Below are positions 37,261-50,756 of a stretch of DNA of 64,000 bases, one piece after another. This stretch comes from Rhizophagus irregularis (Eukaryota), in assembly GCF_026210795.1 (NCBI RefSeq), contig NC_089433.1, positions 5,270,001 to 5,334,000 of the forward strand. Reading direction: 5' to 3'. The translations under genes and the position numbers were made by a program. The notes beneath the pieces were generated by a model. The model ran no database searches. It saw only the letters and a list, made by a program, of their open reading frames with translations, and had not been told where the DNA came from. Numbering within the stretch: position 1 is the first letter of the stretch; the number at the start of each line of letters is the position of its first letter.

Positions 37261-39943
37261 ATAGGAATTTTCTTGCGAAAGGAAAGGTGTAGGTAAACAC
37301 AAAGGTTGTTACTGTAAACGTAAAACACAACCATATTATTTATTATTTGTTATGTTCGGATTTTTGGAAAGAACGTTCCGAAAAAATGGTATTTTTTTTT
37401 TTGTTAGAGAAAACTGATGGTATATATATATTTTGAAAGTATATATATACTTGTTTACAAGTAAAAAAATCGCGACTCGCGACTCGTGAGTAAAAAATGA
37501 TCGTATCTCATGATTCTGCAATTGATGATGTGCGGAGCTTGTATATCGCGCCTATCAATATTATCGATGTATAGTATCAGTATTTAATAAATATATTTAA
37601 AAACTCTCATAATATATTAAGTGGCTTAGTGATTAAAATAGTATAATTTTATGTCCGACATGATTATTTTAAATAATTGAGACATATTGTGATATTGTGG
37701 GAATAGGTGTGGGAATACAGTGATGGAAAAAAGATGATGTCAAAATCATTGTACTACATCACTTGAAATAATAAATCGGCAAAATCATCTAAATTTTTTG
37801 ATTTACAATTTTTTATATAGAATTATTTAAACACTAAGAATAGAGTAACGTCCCTTAGTTTGTAATTTGAATAATATCATTTTATTAACACTTTAAATAA
37901 ATTATATATTATTATACAGTTGATTATTCATAAAAATTTATTTATTGCAATGTAACGACTAGTGAGTAACGAGTAGTACCTTGAATTGAGAACCAAAATT
38001 AAAGTCGTTCAAATTCACAAAGATCTTAAATTTAGACGAAATCCGAATAACAATAAATGAATTAAATGTCATTAAGTCATGTCTTGGTATCATTTTTTTC
38101 ATATCTAATCATAAGAAGCCAATTTACTTTTTCACCAAATTAATGAAGAAAAATACAATATTAAATCAATGCGAAAATTATTTATTCCAATAAATATAAT
38201 GTAATAATTTTAAATATATATATCATGAAAAATAACCTTTAGCATTATACAAGTATAGTATAAAATATGATTATAAAGATAAGATCATTACTGGAAGATG
38301 TAATTATTACGTGTAACAAAATGGTAAAAATGATAAGCGGAATTATTTATTAATTTATTTACTATGATATGATAAAAAAAAAAGTATTATGAAAGCTATT
38401 GAAAAAAAAATTACCATATGAAAGTTTACGAAATATAATTTTAAAAATCGATGCGTAAACGAGGTCAATGTAGAAGAAGAAAGAAATAATATGTATAATG
38501 AAAGGATAGAATATATAGTTAGAATAATTAGTTCCAATAGTTATCAATTACGCAAAACAAATAAGCTTAGTGTGTGTTATTAAATAGTTAAATAAATTAA
38601 TACGTTTGGAATTCCGAGCGTTTTAGGATTGTTTCAAAAACCCTTTTCTTAAAAATTCTAACTTTATAAAGCTACTAGAAAAAACAAATATGTTTAGGTT
38701 GAGTTTATGTTTTTATGCAAACTCACGTCGATTTTCTTTTTACAGATCGTCTTTATGCGCAGTAACTGCATATAACGCCGACGACGATTGTTGTTTGTTG
38801 AGAAGTACCCCAAAAAACTATTGATGATTGTGCATATATCATCATATTATCTCGTGTTGAACAATTTTAACCTAATTAGTTAGTGTAATAATTTAATGTT
38901 AAACCTTTATAGGTAAAATACTAGAGTGCCACACAGACTAATTTATGAGCGACATTGAAATGTACTACAAATAATACTCGATTGGTAATAGTTTATTCAT
39001 TATTTTTTTATATAGAACATATTGTTAAACTACCATCCAACCTGCTTCGCATTTCAGCGATATTTCAATAATATGTTATACCGATAATTAATTTATATAA
39101 GCTTTTGTACAATATTGTTATAATATTGATCAGCTAAAAAACATCAGTCAATATAGTCTAAATAATCTTACTGGCTGAACGATAAGTCATTCGAATAATA
39201 GCAATTTAAGTAACGATTATTGATTTAACCATTTTATAATGGACAATAAAATAATAAATAGTAATATGAAAATTTTTTTTTTTAAGTTGGATCAAACTCA
39301 AATTGAAAAGTAAAACCGAAAGATTGTTCTAAAAGAAACCAAGCGGCGTTTTCATCAAATTAGTTCAACAATAATTATCATCTACAATTCGGTATCTACC
39401 GATTTAAAAGTTATTATCTTCAAATGGTGCAGTCAATTCTGCCAAACTTGGTTTCATGCTTTATCAGGTGTTATGCATTTTTCTATTGGCGTTTATATGA
39501 CTAATCATGCAATCTCTACAAGATTTAAATATAGACCATTTCGAAACTTCCATTTTTTTAGAAATTACATTCCAAATTTAGTATTTATTAATAGCGATTT
39601 AAAATGGATAATAAGTTGCTAGTCGTTCAATTAATATATTGTAATCCAAACAAACAATTTTTGTATGGGCTGAAACATTTTACTTGAAACATTTATTTGT
39701 TCGCAAATGTTGTGCGTAACAAGATAATTGATAAAAATAATATATAAATTATATAAATGAACCTACAGTATCTCATTTCAAAATTATTTTATTTGATTCT
39801 AAGATTCTAGGACAAATAACAATATATTTTAACGGTTATCTATCTTATTCACTAACGTTCCGATTTTTTTAACTTATTTTTTGCGAAACTATTACTTTAA
39901 ACAAAAACGTTTTCTAACGTTTTTTTATATTGTAATTTCGTCT

Positions 39944-41107
39944 ATGAATCAAAGAAATATGATGAATAATTTTACTGATAACGTACCGATTTCTCAAGCT
40001 ATTCAAATGAATGAATGTAAATTCTTTCATTATACACCAGAAGATAATAATTTCTATCATATAACTTGTCAAATTATTTTACGAGGTTCTGTCTTAGATG
40101 ATCATGATTACGATCATGGATTTTGTTATCATGGCTCTACAATAAATTATTATGTTAAGTGCAAATTATTTTCACATCCTTTGATCATAAAAGTATTGAA
40201 TAAAGAAATATACGGGATGGATATTGACATGAATAACTTTGAACGAAAAAAATCATTGTCTTTGGATCAAATTTTAAATCTAGAACGAGACTTGAAACAA
40301 ATTCTTCCATTTTATCTTATGCAAAATCATATTCCTAAAAGTGAAGCAATAAGGATGGATTCTAATATAAATATGAATCAGATGAATGATAATCAAAACA
40401 ATTTTGGCAACGGAAATGGATTTTATCAAAATGGCATCGTAGACTATATTTACAATGTCACTCAACCACGGCAACTAATTGATTTCAACAATATCTCGCC
40501 TAAAAGAGAAATGAGACCAGGCTTCAATAGAAATTCAGATTCATTGTATAGAAATATTGGAAATAACATAATGGCGACACCGATGAATGACAATCAAAAT
40601 AATGTTAATGAAGTTGGAGGTTACATTCAAAATGTTATTCATCCGCAACAACAAGTTGATTTCAATAATGTGTCACCAGCTGAGAGAGAAATGAGACCAG
40701 TACATAATAATAATAGAAATACAAACATATCTCATGAGAATATTAAGGATAATTTGATGACAACACAAGTGACTTCAATAATGGATAATCAAAAAAATTG
40801 CTTACCTTATCAAAATGAAGTTGAAGATACTCAACAAACTGATCTCAATAATTTTCCACAATGTCAAATCCCTGAAAGAGGGACGATGTCAGATTATAAT
40901 TCACTTCAGAATGATGTATTAGCATATGATGTTTCAACTACTGATAATCATCGAGATACTCGCATCGCATCTCCACAGCCTGGTGAGAATATAACGACAC
41001 GAGATATTCCGATAACAGCCGTTGATCGAAATTATGATGATATAAATGGTATGCCATCCAATGATAACCACGATATAAATATTAACTCATCCGTAACAAC
41101 AGATTGA
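39944..41107 (+). CDS. Hypothetical Asn/Gln-rich protein with duplicated FFxY...YHITC-type N-terminal motif
   Basis: Long intronless ORF from ATG 39944; FFHYTPEDNNFYHITC and FCYHGSTINYYVKC, plus an internal repeat QQVDFNNVSP.EREMRP. Confidence 0.7.
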   Translation: MNQRNMMNNFTDNVPISQAIQMNECKFFHYTPEDNNFYHITCQIILRGSVLDDHDYDHGFCYHGSTINYYVKCKLFSHPLIIKVLNKEIYGMDIDMNNFERKKSLSLDQILNLERDLKQILPFYLMQNHIPKSEAIRMDSNINMNQMNDNQNNFGNGNGFYQNGIVDYIYNVTQPRQLIDFNNISPKREMRPGFNRNSDSLYRNIGNNIMATPMNDNQNNVNEVGGYIQNVIHPQQQVDFNNVSPAEREMRPVHNNNRNTNISHENIKDNLMTTQVTSIMDNQKNCLPYQNEVEDTQQTDLNNFPQCQIPERGTMSDYNSLQNDVLAYDVSTTDNHRDTRIASPQPGENITTRDIPITAVDRNYDDINGMPSNDNHDININSSVTTD

Positions 41108-41703
41108 TTTCCGATGAATACCGAAATTTTATCAAGAAATTAGTTTTCTCAACTCGTTTTACAAATTCTTCGTAAACATTTTTAAAAATTTATATTTAAA
41201 ATTGGCAAAATCCGTGAACATTTAAAAAAAATTCGACTTATACTTTAAAATTGGAAAAAATTTCACAACAATTTAAAAAAAATTCGATTTATACTTTTAA
41301 ATTGGCAAAATCTTCACTTAAAAATTCGTTCTAAACTGTATAAAATTTATGAATGTTACAATCGGTTTTATAGTTTATAGCAAATAATTAATTATGATGA
41401 TTCCTAAAAGGATTAAGCAATAAGAAAATAGAAAATGCGACTGAAAAATATTATTTTCAAATTTATGTTAAGAAATTAAATAAGAAATTAAATAATATCA
41501 ACACTTAAGTTTTTATAATCGCTATCATTAAAAAGTTTATTATGAAAATAAATTCGTACTATATCTGTAGCAAAATAATAATACCGCAATATACATATAT
41601 AATGCTTTATGCTTTGAAATTTCAATATCATTCTTTTAATTTAAGTACGTATTACTGTAATACAAGCATATGATTTACTATTCTAATTCTTTTATAAAGT
41701 AGT

Positions 41704-41796
41704 GTAATAACATTTTTCTAGGTTTATATCGTGATAAATATTATATAATTATTATATAATATTTATCACGATATAAATCTAGCAAAATGTTATTAC
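41704..41796. repeat. 93-bp near-perfect palindrome (46-bp arms, 2 mismatches, 1-nt loop)
   Basis: gtaataacatttttctaggtttatatcgtgataaatattatataat, t, then its reverse complement. Confidence 0.92.
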
Positions 41797-41818
41797 GCGT
41801 TGTCAATCATCAAAACTA

Positions 41819-43100
41819 CAGTGTGTTGCAAAAAAAACCGGAATTTTATTCACATGACATAAATCGGACTTACGTACCCAATTTGTATCCGATTTGGAAA
41901 ATCTAAAATGGAAAATCGACATGACGATCATGACCATAAATCCCGACCTAATTCGTAAATAATATATTTATGTTTTTCCGAGCTACTGCGCCGCAAAATG
42001 ACAGTTTCAAAGAAAGAAAGGCAGCGACAAACAATTTTACAATTGTGGAGTGAGGGTATGCGTAAAGGGACTGAAATACACAAGATTACACGCATCCCAC
42101 TCTCCACTATATATGATAATATTAAAAAGTTAAAAGAGGATAACATAGTAAACCGAAAAAAGGGAAGTGGTCGCCCAAGGAAAATTACCGGCAAATTTTC
42201 CAGGTCCCTTGGACAAAGTATCCGAAGAGATACATCAGTTCCAACGAGGACTTTGGCCAAAAAATTGGGCCAAATGGGCCTTGAAGTATCCCACTCGACA
42301 GTTTCAAGGCACTTAACTGTCCATGGCTATAAAAAATCACTTCCAAGGGCGACCCCAATGCTTACTGCTGCGCATAAGCAAAAATGTATCGAATGGGCGC
42401 AGCAGCACATTAATGATAATTGGAACACAACACTTTTTTCGGATGAAACAGCCTTCCAACTCTTCCGGAACACTGTGAAGCGTTGGCATAAGAAAATTCG
42501 GCCAATACGCCCCATGCCAAAAGACAGAACAAAGATTTTTGCATGGGGCGGATTTTGCGTAACGGGCAAAACAAGTTTGTTTTGCTTCCGTCGAATAATG
42601 AATGCTGAATTTTATGTTGAGATCCTTGAAAATCATATTCCGGAGATTGATGCAATGCTCGGTGATGATTGGCGGCTCCAGCAAGACAATGACCCGAAGC
42701 ATACTAGCCGTCTTGCTAAAGAATTCCTCCAAAACAATGTCCCGGAAGTCATGGATTGGCCCTCAAATAGTCCTGACTTAAATCCGATAGAAAATTTATG
42801 GGCTATTGTTAAGGGGAATGTGGAGCGCCGAATGCCAAAAAATCTCAATGAATTGGAGAGTTTTATGGCAGAGGAATGGTCGGCAATTCCGGATACCATG
42901 ATAAAGAATCTCGCCGGTTCAATGAAACGACGTTGCGAGCTAATTATCGAAAATAATGGAGAACGAATCTCCTATTAAATTATATTAATAGAAAGAGCTG
43001 GTTTCTAGCTCTTAAATAAAAAAAAATTTACTATGTTTTTATATTCTCAATGTGAAGTTATGGCCGTTTACTTTATTCCGGTTTTTTTTGCAACACACTG
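41819..43100 (+). mobile_element. Intact Tc1/mariner transposon, 1282 bp
   Basis: Perfect 26-bp TIRs CAGTGTGTTGCAAAAAAAACCGGAAT and TA TSD at 41817-41818 and 43101-43102. Confidence 0.97.
41998..42978 (+). CDS. Tc1-family DD34E transposase (326 aa)
   Basis: HTH region with GRPRK, FSDET, QQDNDPKH and SPDLNPIENLW; 34 residues between the second D and E. Confidence 0.96.
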   Translation: MTVSKKERQRQTILQLWSEGMRKGTEIHKITRIPLSTIYDNIKKLKEDNIVNRKKGSGRPRKITGKFSRSLGQSIRRDTSVPTRTLAKKLGQMGLEVSHSTVSRHLTVHGYKKSLPRATPMLTAAHKQKCIEWAQQHINDNWNTTLFSDETAFQLFRNTVKRWHKKIRPIRPMPKDRTKIFAWGGFCVTGKTSLFCFRRIMNAEFYVEILENHIPEIDAMLGDDWRLQQDNDPKHTSRLAKEFLQNNVPEVMDWPSNSPDLNPIENLWAIVKGNVERRMPKNLNELESFMAEEWSAIPDTMIKNLAGSMKRRCELIIENNGERISY

Positions 43101-44751
43101 TATATATGGTATCATATGAAAATTTACTATTGAAGATTTTTTTGTAATCCCAATATAGTTTGAATTATTAGTATGGTTTATTCCGGCATTTTTTTCGAAA
43201 TTTACATTACGTTGCAGATTTTTTATAAATTTATTATTTGTAAATTAGCAAATATTTGAATGGCTTTTCTTTTGAGCTTGAATTTCACGTGCTCTTTTCA
43301 AGTGACGGGCTTGTTTTATTACAAAATTGCTATAAAATCATATCACGTGATAAAGTCAATTACGAAATTTTATTATTAAAAATTATTGATAATAATGTAT
43401 TGATTTTACCCAAATAGTATATATTTATAATAATATAAGCTACTTTAATGCAAAATATTTATTTGCAGTAATTTTATGAAGATTACCACTATTACCATTA
43501 AGTTTTCAGTAAACAAAGAAATATGTGAATCGTGTGATGTTGCACAAAGGTTGATCAGTAGACAATATTAAAGTTTAATGTTGCACAACTAATTTTGTAA
43601 ATAAATTTTTTTTTCCCTTTTACGCACCGTTTAAATAAAATTCAAATAAATGACTATATTATTGACGTCATGTCTACCATTCGAAGAGAATTAGTTTATC
43701 AAGCAACCAATAGAGCAAGGTCATTGCTTGATTATAACATTTACAAGGGACTCCATAACCAATATGAATTTATAAAACAAACAATTCTTACTGATAGCTC
43801 TCTTACGGAAGATGAAAAAACTGAAGCAATAAGATTAACTACTAAAGATTATGACCGAAATAAAATTCTTTTTAATGAAGGAATAAGAAGAATTTGTGAA
43901 AATTGCAACAAAGAATGTTTAGCTACATTATATTGCGAATATTGTGTTCAAGATTATTTAAAAGAAAGATTTTCAAATTAGACATCTGGAAATAATGATA
44001 TTGATAAATTAATACAAAATTGTCAATTGGAAGCACTTAGCCCGAATATGATAGTAGAATGGATCCCATATAATAATTTAAAGAATATTAAATACCTAAC
44101 TGAAGGTGGATTCTCTAAAATTTATACAGCAGACTGGATTAATGGACCGTATGAAGAATGGGATTCTAAAAAACAGCAATTAGAAAGAATGAAAGTGCCC
44201 GGAATACAAAATTTAGTAGCTAATACTTAAAGAATTAGAAGATATTGAAGGCGCAAGTCAAAGTTTGTTTGAAGAGGTTTGTGATCTAAACATTTAAAAA
44301 ATTCACACTTAAGAATTTTTTAATTACTTACAAATATAAAAAATATTTTATATAGGCTAAATCACACTTAAATATAAGCAGTAAATACCCAAGAATTGTC
44401 GATTGTGCTGGTTTAACAAAAAATCAATCAAATGGTAATTATATGCTAGTAATCATGAGAATGGATGTAAATTTAAGAGAATATTTATTACAAAATCATA
44501 ATCAATTTAAAACAATAAAAAGATATTATTGGGCGTTTTTTATAAAACTAGTAACGATTTTGTTGATCATTTGTTGATCATTTATTTTAAATTTATTATA
44601 AAATTTTGTCACGAGATTTTCTATGGAAATCATTTCTCAATTTGTTATTAAAACACCTGCTGAATTGCCTCGAAATTGAAAATCATTTCCCTTTTTATAA
44701 AAAAATTTCCTTTTTGGTAAAAAACTCTCAGATTAATCTTATATAACTTTA

Positions 44752-44850
44752 TTGTCAATGACAATGTCAATGTCAGTGACAATGTCAATGACAATGTCAA
44801 TGTCAATGTCAATGTCAATGTCAATGTCAATGTCAATGACAATGACAATG
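44752..44850. repeat. (CAATGT/CAATGA)n hexamer microsatellite
   Basis: About 16 tandem hexamers. Confidence 0.95.
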
Positions 44851-45169
44851 AAAAAAACTTCTAATGCCAACTTTTCGCAAAAACTCTTCCTGTGCCACTA
44901 AAAGTCCCTGTTAAATTGTTGCATCATTCAATATTTGCATAATTTCATTTTTTTGTTGATCATTAAAATTTCATAAAATATTGCAAAAAAATAAAAAAAT
45001 TGTAAAAAAAACGTTTCAGCGTTTTTTCATATAATATTATTAAAAAAAATGCCAAAAACTTTTTTTTTTGCATTACTATTAAGAAAAAAACGTTTTGGAA
45101 TTTTTCCATATAAAATTATAAAAAAAATAACACAAAAACGTTTTTTCTTCATTTTTTATTTTTTTAACA

Positions 45170-46895
45170 AAAAATGTCAAGACTGACGTTTTTAATTAAA
45201 AAAAACCAATATTTTTTTGATTTTTAATCACAAAAATGTCAAGTCTGACGTTTTTAATTAAAAAAATCATTTTTTTTTGATTTTTTAATTAAAAAACGTC
45301 AAGTCTGACGTTTTTAATTAAAAAAAAACCAATATTTTTTTGATTTTTATTTTTTAATCACAAAAATGTCAAGTCTGACATTTTTTAATTAAAAAATCAT
45401 TTTTTTTGATTTTTTAATTACAAAAACGTCAAGTCTGATGTTTTTAACTAAAAAAATCAATTTTTTTGATTTTTAATTACAAAATTGTCAAATCTAACAT
45501 AAAAAATAATTTTTTGAATCATAAAAATGTCAAATCTGACGTTTTTAATTAAAAAATCATTTTTTTTTATTTTTAATCACAAAAATGTCATGTCTGACGT
45601 TTTTTAACTAAAAAAATCATTTTTTTTTGATTTTTTAATTAAAAAACGTCAAGTCTGACGTTTTTTAACTAAAAAAATCATTTTTTTTTTTGATTTTTTA
45701 ATTAAAAAACGTCAAGTCTGACGTTTTTTAACTAAAAAGTCATTTTTTTGATTTTTTAATTACAAAAACGTCAAGTCTGACGTTTTTTAACTAAAAAAGT
45801 CATTTTTTTGATTTTTTAATTACAAAAACGTCAAGTCTGACGTTTTTTAACTAAAAAAGTCATTTTTTTGATTTTTTAATTACAAAAACGTCAAGTCTGA
45901 CGTTTTTTAACTAAAAAAGTCATTTTTTTGATTTTTTAATTACAAAAACGTCAAGTCTGACGTTCTTTAACTAAAAAAGTCATTTTTTTGATTTTTTAAT
46001 TACAAAAACGTCAAGTCTGACGTTTTTTAACTAAAAAAGTCATTTTTTTTTGATTTTTTAATTACAAAAATGTCAAGTCTGACGTTTTTTAACTAAAAAA
46101 GTCATTTTTTTGATTTTTTTAATTACAAAAACGTCAAATCTGACATTTTTAATTAAAAAAATCATTTTTTTTATTTTTAATCACAAAAATGTCATGTCTG
46201 ACATTTTTTAACTAAAAAAGTCATTTTTTTTTGATTTTTTAATTACAAAAACGTCAAGTCTGACGTTTTTTAACTGAAAAAGTCATTTTTTTTGATTTTT
46301 TAATTACAAACACGTCAAGCCTGACGTTTTTTAACTAAAAAAGTCATTTTTTTGATTTTTTAATTACAAAAACGTCAAGCCTGACGTTTTTTAACTAAAA
46401 AAGTCATTTTTTTTATTTTTAATTACAAAATTGTCAAATCTAACGTAAAAAATAATTTTTTGAATCATAAAAATGTCAAATCTGACGTTTTTAATTAAAA
46501 AATCATTTTTTTTTATTTTTAATCACAAAAATGTCATGTCTGACGTTTTTAACTAAAAAAATCATTTTTTTTTTATTTTTTAATTAAAAAACGTCAAGTC
46601 TGACGTTTTTTAACTAAAAAAGTCATTTTTTTGATTTTTTAATTACAAAAACGTCAAGTCTGACGTTTTTTAACTAAAAAAGTCATTTTTTTGATTTTTT
46701 AATTACAAAAACGTCAAGTCTGACGTTTTTTAACTAAAAAAGTCATTTTTTTTGATTTTTTAATTACAAAAACGTCAAGTCTGACGTTTTTTAACTAAAA
46801 AAGTCATTTTTTTGATTTTTTAATTACAAAAACGTCAAGTCTGACGTTTTTAATAAAAAAATCAATTTTTTTTATATTTAATTATAAAAACGTTT
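45170..46895. repeat. ~60-bp minisatellite, roughly 28 copies, each with an internal palindrome
   Basis: Unit aaaaacgtcaagtctgacgttttttaactaaaaaagtcatttttttgattttttaattac. Confidence 0.95.
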
Positions 46896-49379
46896 GATGA
46901 CCCGACCCAAAATTTTCGAGTCAATCTGACAGTATAATGATTATAACTCACTAATAATTACCAAGTTACTCTAGTTACATGGAAAGAAAGAATTAAAATT
47001 GCTTTTTTAATAATTAATGCACTTCAATGGATTCAGGAAGAGAATTCAATTCATAGAGATTTGCATTCTGGAAATATATTATATTCACAACATAATGATT
47101 CTTGGTGTATTAGTGATCTTGGTTTTTGTGGTCATGTAGATAAATCACCAAAAAGTATATATGGAAATCTTCCATATATTGCACCTGAAATTATTTCTGG
47201 AAGAAAATATACTTTTGCATCTGATATTTATAGTATTGCAATGCTTATGTGGGAAATTTCATCTGGACGACCTCCTTTTAATAATCATGAAAATGATTAC
47301 TATCTTGCAATGAATATAGTTAATGGTATAAGACCAAGAATAGTATCAGGAACTCCTTTAGAATATAAAAATTTAATGAAACAATGTTGGGATGCCGATC
47401 CATTAAAAAGGCCCGACATTTATACACTTGTAAACAAAATGAGTGGAATTAATGCATTATTTCAAAATATACCAAATTAATTAGATGCAGACAACGATTT
47501 AGAAACAAATAATTCAGAAACAAATTATTCATCAAGCAGCAGATTATTTAATACAAGTAAAATTCATCAATTTGAAAATTTCCCTGAACCAAGAAATGCA
47601 ACAGAAGGTATTAATATTTATTGCTAAATTTTTTATTACCAGTTATTTTTATTAGTATTTTTTTTTTTAAAAAAAAATCCATTAATAATAGAAGAGCAAG
47701 AAGGTAACATAAAATTAATGGTTTATTTATTTATGGCTGAAGCTTTTTATTAAATAACTTAAAAATTTATTTTAATAGCATTTCATAGTAAATCCTATAA
47801 ATTTAGCATTCCTCAAAATAGTAAGTAAACTTTACTTAATTTTTACATATGATAATACATTTAAATAATTATTTTTTTTTATTTTCAGTCAATGACTTTA
47901 GCAATTCAAGTAATCAAAATTATGATAATACATCTAAATCAAACAGTGTTTCAAAAGGTATAATAATTAGTTATTAAAAATTTATTGACATAACCTTTGT
48001 ATAAAGTACTAACATAATGTTTTAAAATGTATAATAACAACACATTGCCTAAAGTATTTAACAATCTAAAAATAAATTCAAAAAATGGTAAGTAAAATAT
48101 TTAATACATATTGTAAGAATTTTGATAAAATATATTAGTTTCTAATTAAAATTATTATAGATATTTTTAAAGAAGATGCAATAAAACAGAAAATTAAAAG
48201 ACAAGATCGTGATGTTAATGGTACTAATAATTAAAATATAATATAATATTAGTATTTTTTGTAATGTTATTTACTAATATTAACTTTTTTCTTTATTCTA
48301 TTTTAGACATGCAAATTGAAGAATTTGCTTTTGAACAATCTGTATCCCAAACTGATCAAATTACAATAATTGGTAAAAAAGAATACAATTGTTTGTTAAT
48401 TATAATAATCTATATAATTTAATACTTATCAAAAAACAAATTTATAGATAACAACAATGAGGAAAAGGGCAAATCTAAAAGAATTTATTCAGTTATTATG
48501 ATGATATGAAAATTGTATTATTTAAAATAAACTATATTAAAAAACAAACTTTTTGTTTATTTAATAATAAATCCAAAAAGATTAAATTAAATATCAATAA
48601 GGGTAATTAATTATTTTAAATAAAATTTTAATTTATTATAATAATGTGTATAAATTTAAATATACTATATAAAATTATGCTAGCCAATTTTCAATATATA
48701 CAAAGAAATTATATTGCAGATGATGGTAAGGAATTATTATTTATTCCTTTCATTACTGAATTAAACATAATTATATTTATAATATATATAGATGAAAATG
48801 ATATTTCTAATAACCCAAACTTACATTCGGAGGGTCAAGATGAATTTGAAATTCCAGAAGGTAATTTAATAATTTATCAACATTATTTGATTTTATTTCA
48901 ATAATACTACAAAATGTTGACTTTTTTACGATTTATTTATTTCCATTTTTATTAGATGGGTTTGAATAGGGAATATTTTATAAATTTCTGATTTAAATTT
49001 CTATCTTTATTATGATTATTGCCTGGAATTATTTAAACACTAAGTCTAGAGTAGTGAAATTTAACGCGAGTTACTTAGTTTGTAATTTAAATAATTCATT
49101 TCATTTTGTCATTCATTTATTTTTTTTTTTATATTTTATGATTTGTTCAATTATAAGCTTTAAAGAATAACACTTTTATATATGCGAATAAACTTGAACA
49201 AATTGAACTATATAAATACATATCCTGTTAAAATAAAGTGTATTACAATGCGAAATTAAGATATTTTACACCTACAAATCAATTTTGTTTCATTATTAAA
49301 ATATACTCTTTTTAATATTTTTTTTATATAAATTTTTTTTTTTTAACAATTTCTAAAAAAATAAAAATTTAAAAAAAAA

Positions 49380-50748
49380 GGGGATTGCTAACGGCAATCA
49401 TCGCCTGGGGGATTTTTGGGATTTTTTTTAAATATGTCACATGATGTACAATATATAGTAAATCGGCTGATGGCTGATTTTTTCGAACTTTTGATCGGTT
49501 AAACTTAAAATTTTATTGCGAAGATATTTTTAAAAAATTTTTTTGCAAACATATTTATTCAAAATAATTTTATTAATGAAATTTTATTTTTATTTGCAAA
49601 TGTTAAAATTTAAGTCACACATTTTAAAGAAAAAAATCACCGTGTTTATTTTTAATGAAGCGATACAAATAAAAAAAAAATAATAATTATTAAAAAAGAT
49701 ATGTAAATTACAATGATCAAGGAGAAAGATGCTAATAAAAAATGAAACAACAATGGAGTAATGGAAAGTAATAGAAGATGAAAAAGAATAATAAGTGATA
49801 GGAAACAAAAAGGAGAAATAGGACATGATGAGAGATGAAAAGGAGTGATGGGAGACGAAAAGAAGTAATGGGAAGATGAAGAGGAGTGATGGAAGACGAA
49901 AAGAAGTGATGAGAGACGATAAGGAGTGATAAGAGACAAAAAGAAGTGATAGGAGACGAAGAGGAGTGATGGAAGGTAAAAAGGGTGATGGGAGACGAAA
50001 AGAAGTGATAGGAAGATAAAGAGGAGTGATGGAAGACGAAAAGAAGTGATGGGAGACAAAGTGGAGTGATGGGAGACGATAAGGAGTTGATTAGGGACAA
50101 AAAGAAGTGATTGGAGACGAAAATTAGTGATGGGAGATGAAAAGGAGTGATGAGAGGCAAAAGGAAATGATGGGAAGTTAACAGGGGAGAGAAAGAGATA
50201 ATAGAAAATAAAAGTTGTAATAGAAAATAATGGGAGACGAAAGGATGGAATAATGAGAAGTAATACAAAAAAAATGATCATGAAACCAAGTAAAGAATAA
50301 AACCATAAAGTAAAAAAAAATGAAGTTAGTAAGGATCGAAATATAAGATAGAAACGAAATAAAAAAAAGTAAATGAAAAATAAAAAAACATACCTTTATT
50401 AATTGTGTATGAAACAGAAACAAAATAAAAAAAATAAAAAAATGAGTAAGAAACGAAACGTAAAGTGAACCTTAATTGCAGAACCGGAAGGACTAAAGGA
50501 CCTAAAAATAATGAAATAGAGTAGTAAGAAATAAAGTGTAAGCAGAATCTAAGTTAGAAATAAAAAGAAAAGAAAAGAAAAATACCTTGAGGCCGAAAAA
50601 ACCGAGGAAACGGACCTATACTGAAAACGAGATTCGATAAACAAACATGACGCGATCATGTGGCCAATCTGGCCAATCAAAAATATTAAATCTGTCACGT
50701 GATCGAAGTCTCAGGCGACAATTACCCAGGCGACGGTTAGCAATTCCC
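49380..50748. mobile_element. Non-autonomous TIR element (Mutator-like/MITE) containing a purine-rich ~21-bp minisatellite
   Basis: Left end GGGGATTGCTAAC-ggcaat-CATCGCCTGGG versus right end CCCAGGCGACGGTTAGCAATTCCC, an imperfect inverted pair. A-rich flanks leave the TSD ambiguous. Confidence 0.65.
49790..50180. repeat. ~21-bp purine-rich tandem repeat
   Basis: Variants of aaga(a/g)gtgatgggagacgaa, about 18 copies. Confidence 0.85.
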
Positions 50749-50756
50749 TAAAAAAT

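Larger units (their letters stand above)
44506..46974 (+). mobile_element. Non-autonomous Helitron-like insertion (2469 bp)
   Basis: Absent from the paralog. Sits between A and T with no TSD and ends in CTAG. The 5' end reads TT rather than TC and no strong subterminal hairpin is evident. Confidence 0.65.
43670..48968 (+). pseudogene. Pseudogenised duplicate of the 12126-14938 kinase
   Basis: Collinear high identity including introns and flanks. TGG->TAG at 43979-43981, frameshift near 44220, 2.5-kb insertion in exon 2, GAA->TAA at 47478-47480, and a deletion in a tail exon near 48560. Confidence 0.93.

Noticed and set aside
41928..42899. Overlapping ORFs within Tc1
   Set aside because: Alternate-frame and antisense shadows of the transposase.
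44648..44848. (LT/LS)n ORF
   Set aside because: Translation of the hexamer microsatellite.
49590..50423. Hydrophobic minus-strand ORFs resembling membrane proteins
   Set aside because: Translations of the purine-rich minisatellite and A-rich DNA.
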